Assembly: GCA_041862415.1 (NCBI GenBank) | Contig: JBGVTF010000036.1 | Location: forward strand, 1 to 61,342 | Source: Anaerolineae bacterium | GTDB lineage: Bacteria; Chloroflexota; Anaerolineae; E26-bin7 | Direction of reading: 5' to 3' | DNA: 61,342 bases | Shown here: piece by piece, positions 7,615 through 15,300 of the stretch | Numbering within the stretch: the first letter of the stretch is position 1 | Layout of the letters: each line of letters opens with the position of its first letter | The notes under the pieces: model-generated | Told to the model about the DNA's origin: nothing | The model's database searches: none | Seen by the model: only the letters and a program-made list of their open reading frames with translations | Position numbers and translations under genes: made by a program

Positions 7615-10437
7615 ATGGCGAAGAAGGCGAAGACCGGTAAGAAACTGGAGCGGCGCGTGGCAAACGCCTACCGCGAGATGGGGGCGTGGAAGGTCGAGCA
7701 CGATGTGGAATTGGCCGGCAACCAGATTGACGTCTACGTCGAACTGGAGACGCCCGGCCGCCTTCTGCACCGCATCACGATCGAAGTGAAGGACTGGACC
7801 GATCCAGTGGGCGTTGACATCGTCAACGGCTTCGCACAAATTGTGAAGCTTCTCCACAGCGAGCGGCTGATTGACGAGGGCATCATCGTCTCGGCGGCGG
7901 GTTTCAGCAGGCCAGCCCGCAACGCTGCCCAGACCTATGGCATCCAGCTGCTGGAGCCAGCCGACCTGGACGCAATGGTCGAGGAGGCGAAGGCGGCGGG
8001 GCGCACCCAGCCCACCGCGCCGCCCGTGCCCCCGCCCCCCACTCCCTACATCGCCCATCCCTACCCGGCCCAGGAGCATTTTACCGGGCGGGAGCAGGAG
8101 CGGGCCGACCTCACCGCCTGGCTCGCCGCCGACACCCAGTCCCTCCTGGCGGTCATCGCCATGGGCGGGATGGGGAAATCGGCCCTGGGCTGGCATTGGT
8201 TTCACAACGATCTCTTGCCATTGGGATTTGATCATTGGGATCTACGCGGAGCGCTATGGTGGTGCTTCTACGACCGGGAGTCCGGCTTTGAGCGCTTCCT
8301 GGAGCGAGCGGTGGCCTACGTCAGCGGCGGGGAGATGGACGCGGCGGACTGGCCTGTGCGGGACCGGATGGACTGCCTGCGCGCACTGCTGGCGGAGCGG
8401 CGCTTTCTGTTGATCCTGGACGGGGTCGAGCGGCTGCTGCGGGCCTACGCCCGCATGGACGCCCCCTACCTGGGGGACAAGGAGGTAGAGGCACAGCGCG
8501 ACGTGCACCAGGCGTCTCTCTACCAGTGTGCCGACCCCAACGTGGGCACCTTCCTCCAGTGGCTGGCGGGATTGGAGGCGACCAAGATCCTCCTGACCAG
8601 CCGTCTCCTGCCCCGCGAACTGGAGGGCCTGGCGGGCGTGACGGAGAAGAAACTCACTAGCATGGACCCCGAGGACGCCGTGCGCTTCTTTCGGGCCATG
8701 GACGTCCAAGGCACGCGGGCCGAGATCCAGGCCGCCTGTGCTCCCTACGGCTACCTGCCGCTGGCGCTGCGGCTGCTGGCCGGCCTGGTGGCGGAGGACC
8801 CGGCCCGACCGGGCGACATCGCCGTGGCCACCGACTATGAGATCACCGAGGACCTGCGGGGCAAGGAGCAGCACCACATCCTGGAGCGGGCCTACGACGC
8901 CCTGGACCCAGCGGTGCGGGAACTCCTGAGCCGCATCGCCGCCTTCCGCTCCCCGGTGGGCTATGGAGTGCTGCGGACGCTGTTTGGCCCGCTGTCCGGG
9001 GAGACGGGCGAGGAAGAGGATGCTTTCCGCTATGGGAATGAGTGGGCGCTCAAGGACGCGCTGCGGGGGCTGGTGAAGCGTGGCCTGCTGTCCCGCCAGG
9101 AGGGGACGGGCCGCTACGACCTGCACCCTGTGGTGCGGCGCTACGCCTACGACCGCCTGGCCGACAAGGAGGGCACTCACACCCGCCTGCGCGACTACTT
9201 CGCCGCCGTGCCGGAGCTGGAGCGGGTGGAGAGCTTGGACGACCTGGCCCCCGCCATCGAACTCTACCACCACACCGTCCGCGCCGGGCGGTATGATGAG
9301 GCGGTGCGGCTGTACCGCGACTGGCTCGACGAGCCACTCTACTTCCGCTTCGGTGCGTATCAACTCATCATCGAGTTGCTGCGCGTCCTCTTCCCCGGCG
9401 GTGAGCCGCTTACCCCCTTTGGTGAGGCGGCCCTGCCCCGCCTGAGCGACGAATCAGCCCAGGCCTGGACGCTGAACGAGCTGACCAACGTCTACGCCAT
9501 GTCCGGCCAACCCAGCCGGGCGGCGCGAATGCGTGAGCGAAACATTGGTATCCGCGAGAAGCAGGGCGACAAGAGGAACCTCGTCACCGGCTTGGTGAAC
9601 CTCGCTGACGACCAACTCGAGATCGGTATGCTGCCAGCGGCGGAGCGGAACCTGCGGCGCGCTATCGAGTTGGCCCGCGAGATCGGTGACGAGTTCCGGG
9701 AGGCGGTCGGCCACATAGAGCTGGGCCGCCTGCTGGCCTACACCGGCGCGTTCGGGGAAGCGAGAATCGAGCTGAAAGACGCCCGAAAGGTTTTTGACGC
9801 GTTTGGCGTAGCCCAGACAAACTATGTTTCTGTTGTCAGAGCATATGAGGCTCTGCTCGATCTACAAGAGGGACATCCTCGTTCAGCGCGTAACAAAGCT
9901 CAGCGAGCGCTTGAACTAGCACAGAGCAAAGTGCGCAGCATTTTCGGAGGAGAGCGTGACATCATCCGCGCCGAGTGGCTTCTGGGTGCGGCACACCGGG
10001 CGCGCGGGGAACTGGCCCAGTCGGAGCCCCGCCTGGCGGAGGCCCTGCGCCGCTGCCGCCGCATCAACCTGATCGAACTGGAGCCGAACATCCTGCTGGA
10101 ACTGGCCCGCCTCCGCCAGGCGCAGGCGCAGGAGAAGGTGCGACGCACCTCCGAGGTGCGTCGCACCTGGGAGGCCGAAGCCCTGTCCCTGGCCCAGGAG
10201 GCCCTGGACATCGCCGAGCGCTGCGGCTACCGGCTGGCGCAGGCCGATTGCCACAACTTCCTGGCCCAACTGGCGCTAGGGGAGGGGGACACCCAGAAGG
10301 CCCGGGAGCACGCCGAGATCGCCCGCGAACGGGCCTGGTGTGACGGCCCGCCCCACCGCTACGAGGCCGCCTTCCAGGAGGCGGAGCGCCTGCGGGAACG
10401 CATCGCCTCCGACGTAGAAAGAGCGCGAAGAAGCTGA
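7615..10437 (+). CDS. STAND NTPase with an N-terminal Mrr-like restriction endonuclease domain, an NB-ARC-type P-loop module and C-terminal TPR repeats (Avs-like architecture)
   Basis: 940 aa. The N-terminal roughly 120 aa carry a PD-(D/E)xK pattern (NQIDVYVELE...ITIEVKDW) and an Mrr_cat-like tail (GIIVSAAGFSRPARNAAQTYGIQLL). A Pro-rich linker follows. Walker A is GMGGMGKSAL and Walker B is FLLILDGVE. The C-terminal half is TPR-like. Confidence 0.85.
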   Translation: MAKKAKTGKKLERRVANAYREMGAWKVEHDVELAGNQIDVYVELETPGRLLHRITIEVKDWTDPVGVDIVNGFAQIVKLLHSERLIDEGIIVSAAGFSRPARNAAQTYGIQLLEPADLDAMVEEAKAAGRTQPTAPPVPPPPTPYIAHPYPAQEHFTGREQERADLTAWLAADTQSLLAVIAMGGMGKSALGWHWFHNDLLPLGFDHWDLRGALWWCFYDRESGFERFLERAVAYVSGGEMDAADWPVRDRMDCLRALLAERRFLLILDGVERLLRAYARMDAPYLGDKEVEAQRDVHQASLYQCADPNVGTFLQWLAGLEATKILLTSRLLPRELEGLAGVTEKKLTSMDPEDAVRFFRAMDVQGTRAEIQAACAPYGYLPLALRLLAGLVAEDPARPGDIAVATDYEITEDLRGKEQHHILERAYDALDPAVRELLSRIAAFRSPVGYGVLRTLFGPLSGETGEEEDAFRYGNEWALKDALRGLVKRGLLSRQEGTGRYDLHPVVRRYAYDRLADKEGTHTRLRDYFAAVPELERVESLDDLAPAIELYHHTVRAGRYDEAVRLYRDWLDEPLYFRFGAYQLIIELLRVLFPGGEPLTPFGEAALPRLSDESAQAWTLNELTNVYAMSGQPSRAARMRERNIGIREKQGDKRNLVTGLVNLADDQLEIGMLPAAERNLRRAIELAREIGDEFREAVGHIELGRLLAYTGAFGEARIELKDARKVFDAFGVAQTNYVSVVRAYEALLDLQEGHPRSARNKAQRALELAQSKVRSIFGGERDIIRAEWLLGAAHRARGELAQSEPRLAEALRRCRRINLIELEPNILLELARLRQAQAQEKVRRTSEVRRTWEAEALSLAQEALDIAERCGYRLAQADCHNFLAQLALGEGDTQKAREHAEIARERAWCDGPPHRYEAAFQEAERLRERIASDVERARRS

Positions 10438-10460
10438 ATCCCCGTGTGGAAACTATTATA

Positions 10461-10515
10461 GGAGTAGCGAAACTTGTTTCGCGTTTGGGCAGCGCGGAAC
10501 GAGTTCCGCTACTCC
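10461..10515 (+). repeat. pair of 7-2-7 hairpins (GCGAAACttGTTTCGC and GCGGAACgaGTTCCGC) enclosed by a 9-bp outer stem; possible terminator of the STAND gene
   Basis: Hairpin A is at 10467-10482 and is followed by GTTTGGG. Hairpin B is at 10494-10509. The outer stem pairs GGAGTAGCG (10461-10469) with CGCTACTCC (10507-10515). Confidence 0.6.
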
Positions 10516-10530
10516 GGGACGGCAATTGCA

Positions 10531-10773
10531 ATGACGACATTCGATCTGAAGTTCGACCCCATTGACTGGCAGCAACTGGAGCTGCTGGCCAGGCTGACGC
10601 CGGGAGAGCGGATGCGGGCCTCGGTGATGGCCCACGAGTTTGCCACAGCGTTGCTGCGCGGCACGTTACGAAGACGCTTTCCCGACCTTTCGCTGGCAGA
10701 GCTGAACATGATGGTTCTGAGGCACTGCACAGAGGTTCGAGGGTTGGAGGAAGGCACTCTTGATGAGGAGTGA
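10531..10773 (+). CDS. small hypothetical protein (80 aa from the ATG at 10531)
   Basis: The ORF is open from 10474, but its upstream part overlaps the hairpin cluster, so the ATG at 10531 is preferred. No family was recognised and the SD is weak. Confidence 0.4.
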   Translation: MTTFDLKFDPIDWQQLELLARLTPGERMRASVMAHEFATALLRGTLRRRFPDLSLAELNMMVLRHCTEVRGLEEGTLDEE

Positions 10774-11957
10774 GGTTGAGTAGAGAATCGGAGAAGTCAA
10801 GATGGAACCTGGCAGGATACTCCGTCAGTTTCTTCCTGACCATGCTGAACAATCTCTTGTTCTTTGCCAGCATGCATCTGCTCACGGTCCCTTTGCCCCT
10901 CTACGTGGAACGGATCGGTGGAGGCCCTTCGCAGGTTGGGTTGGTGATGGGGACCTTTGCCGTGGCCGCCATCCTGGCGCGGCCCTACGTGGGACGTTTC
11001 GTTGACAGGCTGGGCGGCAAACCCAGCCTGCTTCTTGGCTCGTTGATCTTTGCCATCGGTCCCCTGCTTTACGTCGTTTCTCGCTCTGTGCCTGCTCTGC
11101 TGGTGGGACGGTTCCTTCAAGGCCTTGGCATATCAGCTTCCAGCACAGCCTTTATCGCCATCATCGCTGTCCTGGCCCCCAGCGGACGGCGTGGTGAGGC
11201 CATTGGCCTGAGCGCCGCCGCCATGCCCATTGCCTTGATGACCGCTCCGGCCATAGGCGCCAGTTTGCTGGAGTCATGGGGATTCGTCCCCCTTTTTATT
11301 CTCTCTGCCTCTGTAGCTGCTTTGAGCCTGCTCACGGCTGTCTTCGTTTCCGAGCCCCGGTCAACGGACCCAGATGACCCTAGCCATGAGGAGAGCGAAG
11401 GCGCATTCTTCCAGGTTATTCGCCTGCGTAGCGTCTGGGTGCCCTCTGGGGCCATGGGAGTGATGGGTGTAACCTATGGCTCCATCCTCACCTTCTTACC
11501 CCTCTTTGCCATCCAACAGGGCATAGGCAATCCAGGGCTCTTTTTTACGGCCTATGGTCTGACCGTCATCGCCGCTCAGTTCCTGGCGGGGCGTGTGTCA
11601 GATTTAGTCGGTAGGTTTTGGGTGATTGTGCCGGCCATGGTCCTGCTGGCGCTCGCTTTCCCCGTGCTGGCTTTGGTGCGGAGTCTCCCTTTGCTTCTGG
11701 GGGTGGCCGTCCTCTATGGTCTGGGATTTGGGGGTGCGCGGGTCAACCTGAACGCTTTGATGGTGGACACGGTTCCCGCCTCGATACGGGGCATGGCCAT
11801 GAGCGTTGCCTACGGCAGTTTCGATCTGGGCGTCGGGTTGGGCTCCTATCTGTTGGGTTGGGTGGCCCAAATCTGGGGTTACCAGGTCATGTATGGCTCG
11901 GTGGGGGCAATCTGTTTGCTGGGGATAATAGTTTTTGCCTTTCTGGCGAAAGGGTAG
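10770..11957 (+). CDS. MFS transporter
   Basis: 395 aa with about 12 TM helices and an MFS loop 2-3 motif (ARPYVGRFVDRLGGKP). The GTG start overlaps the preceding stop. Confidence 0.85.
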   Translation: MRLSRESEKSRWNLAGYSVSFFLTMLNNLLFFASMHLLTVPLPLYVERIGGGPSQVGLVMGTFAVAAILARPYVGRFVDRLGGKPSLLLGSLIFAIGPLLYVVSRSVPALLVGRFLQGLGISASSTAFIAIIAVLAPSGRRGEAIGLSAAAMPIALMTAPAIGASLLESWGFVPLFILSASVAALSLLTAVFVSEPRSTDPDDPSHEESEGAFFQVIRLRSVWVPSGAMGVMGVTYGSILTFLPLFAIQQGIGNPGLFFTAYGLTVIAAQFLAGRVSDLVGRFWVIVPAMVLLALAFPVLALVRSLPLLLGVAVLYGLGFGGARVNLNALMVDTVPASIRGMAMSVAYGSFDLGVGLGSYLLGWVAQIWGYQVMYGSVGAICLLGIIVFAFLAKG

Positions 11958-12213
11958 GGTGCTTATTCGCGTAGTCATCATCTACAATTGCGACTGAGTC
12001 GGATGGGATGAATGAAGCGAGGGGAAAAGACGATGTCCTCGTTGTATAGACGGGGGCATTTGTGCGTTTGGGGAAAGAGTGGCCGTGGTGAGACCAGTCT
12101 CCATTCGCGTAGTCATTTGCTATCGAACCCGCTGGCAATATCACTGAGACTCAATACGATTCACAGTACATTTCAATCTATTCTGAAAATAGCCCTGTTA
12201 GCGAGTATGGAGT

Positions 12214-12250
12214 CCTCAACTTGTTGAGGGTAATCCCGAACAAGTTCGGG
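12214..12250 (+). repeat. second pair of 7-2-7 hairpins (CCTCAACttGTTGAGG and CCCGAACaaGTTCGGG)
   Basis: The hairpins lie at 12214-12229 and 12235-12250. Their centres, AACTTGTT and AACAAGTT, are mutually complementary, so an alternative long-range pairing is possible. Confidence 0.6.
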
Positions 12251-12348
12251 AATCCGGTGTGAATTTTCATACTTCATGGTGCCCCGCCGGGGCATGTGGA
12301 CTGCTTCGAGAACCCCCGTGTCATCTTACTTGCCATAAAGAGACAAAG

Positions 12349-15300
12349 ATGATAGAATATCTAATGCATTCCTTCAGTGGGGGGGATGACCTTATTTGTG
12401 GATGTAGGGAGGTCTTTGACTTGCAGCGGTTTGTGAACAGCCTGAAGAGGAACTGGGTTGAATTGGCCTTGGCAGCGGTGCTGCTGAGCGCTGCTGCCTT
12501 GCGCCTGTACAACGTCAATTGGGACGATCTCCAGTACGTCCACCCTGACGAACGCTGGATCGCCATGGTCGCTTCGGAAATCACCTGGCCCGAAAGCTTC
12601 AAGGACATCCTGGACCCCCGAGAATCCACCCTGAACCCTCTCTGGATACCCGCGGACAACGCCCCCCGCAATTACGCCTATGGCCATCTCCCCCTCTACT
12701 TATTGGTTCTTATGGCCAACCTGATGACCCGCTTTGCTCCCTTGGCCCGGCATCTCTCAGCTTACCCCGACTTGGCCGAGGCGGTGGGCGATCTGGCTCT
12801 CATGGCGAACTACAGCCACATCAACCTGGTGGGCCGCGTCATCTCGGCCTTTGCCGACCTGGGCATCATTTACCTGGTTTTCCTGCTGGGGAAACGCGTC
12901 TACGACAAGCGGGTGGGCCTCTTGGGGGCGGCTTTCGTTACCTTCACCGTCATGCACATCCAGTTGGCCCACTTTTGCGCTTTCGATGTGGTGACCGCTT
13001 TCTTCGCAGTGCTGACCGTCTACGGCGCAGTGAGGCTGGCCCAACGGGGTGACGGGTTTAGCGCGGCCATGGCTGGTGGGGCCGCCGGTCTGGCCGTGGC
13101 CTCCAAATTCAGTGCCATGCCCATTCTCTTGACCCTGGCGGTGGCATGTGGGGTCAGGGTCTTCACCAGGGAGACGAGCGGGGCGGAGAGCCAGCAACCA
13201 GGGACCAGGGGCCAGAGGCTGGCACACAGCCTTTGGCGCGCTTTTGGCCTTTTGCTGATCAGCCTGTTGGCAGCGGCGATGGCTTTTGCCGTCACTTCTC
13301 CCTTTGCCATTCTGGACCTGAGAGCCTATCTGAATCAGGTGAAGCAGCAGGGGGGCATGGTGCGGGGTACCAACGACTGGCCCTTCACCCGCCAGTACCG
13401 GGGCACGCTGCCCTACCTCTATCATATCGAGCAGCAGTTGCGCTGGGGGATGGGTTGGCCCCTGGGCCTGGTGGCCTTTGCTGGCCTGGCCTACGTCCTC
13501 TGGCGAGCTGTCCGCCGCAGGTGCCGGGGCGAGGAATGGGTCATCCTGTCCTGGGTGGTGCCCTACTTTTTGATCACCGGCAGCTTTCTGGTCAAATTCA
13601 TGCGCTACATGCTGCCCATCACGCCCTTCTTGTCACTGATGGGAGCCAGGATGCTGTTCACGATGCACGATGCACGACGTAGCATGCAAGGTGCACCTCT
13701 GAAAGAGCGTGTACCCTCCATTCTCCTGTATCTTGTCTCTGGCCTGGTAGTCATTTCCTCTATCTTCTATTCCCTGGCTTTCGTCAGCATCTACTCCCGG
13801 CCCCACACCTGGCTTGAGGCTTCGCGTTGGATCTATGCCCACGTGCCCGATGGCTCGACGATCGCCACCGAGCACTGGGACGATGATTTGCCCAAGCCCT
13901 TGCCTGAAGCAGGTCAGAACAGTGGCGCTCACAGCTATCATAGCCTGACCCTGCCTATGTACGAGCCTGACACCCTGGATAAATATGCTTTGCTCAAGGA
14001 CATATTATCCCAGGCTGACTATATCATCCTGGCCAGCAATCGCCTCTATCGCACCATCCCCCGCCTGCCACAGCGTTACCCCATCTCCATTCGCTACTAT
14101 GAACTCCTCTTTGCCGGGGAGTTGGGCTTCCGTCTGGAGAAGGTCTTCACCTCCTATCCTGGCTTGCCCTTCGACAACCCTTCGACGGGGCTCAGGACAC
14201 CGCCCTTCGACAAGCTCAGGACACTGCTTGGCTGGACCATCGTAGACGACGCCGCCGACGAGAGCTTTACCGTCTATGACCATCCCAAGCCTTTGATTTT
14301 CAAGAAGGAGCGAGAGTTGTCCGATGAAGAGCTCGACGCCCTCTTTGCGGAAGCGCTGAGCGTCGAGCCGAAGTGGGAGCTGAAGCCGGGGCTGTTCTCC
14401 AGAATCCTCGGACTGCTGTCCCAACTAAAGGCAAAGCCCGCATCTGAGGGGGGAGAAAGCAAGACGCTGTTGCTGGATAGGCCAGTGGATGAGCTGCCCG
14501 TCGTTGATGACTTTCGCTGGAACAAGGTGGCCAGCCGCAACCATCTGCTGGCCGTGGTCGTCTGGTGGGGGGCTATCGAGTTGCTGGGGTGGGTAGCCTG
14601 GCCTCTGGCCTTCACTGTCTTCCCTAATCTGCGCGACCGGGGCTACGTCCTGGCCAAAAGCCTGGGCTTGCTGTTCGTAGCCTATCTGACCTGGCTGGCA
14701 GCCAGCTTGCGTCTCCTCACCAATAGCCTCCTGACCATTTTGCTGGCCCTTTTCCTTCTCCTCGTCCTCTCTCTTTATCTTCTCTACAGGAATAGGGCCC
14801 AGGTGATCGGCTTCTGCCGAAGCCAATTCCGTTTGATAGTGATCAACGAGCTCCTCTTCGCTCTTGCCTTGCTTGTTTTCGTGGGTATACGCTTGCTGAA
14901 CCCTGATCTGTGGCAACCGTGGACCGGTGGCGAGAAGATGATGGAGTTCGCTTTCCTCAACGCCATCCTCAAAAGCCCCTATTTTCCTCCCTATGACCCT
15001 TACTTTGCCGGTGGCTACATCAATTATTACTACTACGGCCAGTTCATTGTGTCCATCATGGTCAAGCTGACGGGTATTCAACCCTCGGTGGCGTTCAATC
15101 TGGCGGTGCCGACGCTGTTTGCCCTGACGGTGGGAGGGGCTTTTTGTGTCGCCTACAACCTGGCGCCGGATGGCAAGTCCGGCGGGAGCGGTGGAGATAA
15201 GGAAGGCGAGATTCGAGATTCGGGATTCGCTGATTCGCGAGCCATTTACTGGGGGCTTCTCGGTTCTCTCTTCGTTGCCGTACTGGGCAATCTGGACGGC

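Noticed and set aside
12259-12348. The Cys/His-rich N-terminal extension (MNFHTSWCPAGACGLLREPPCHLTCHKETK) of the 1590-aa ORF as a zinc-binding domain
   Set aside because: It begins with GTG and has no SD. It overlaps a GC hairpin and a leader-like region, and paralogs start directly with the first TM helix. It is probably non-coding.
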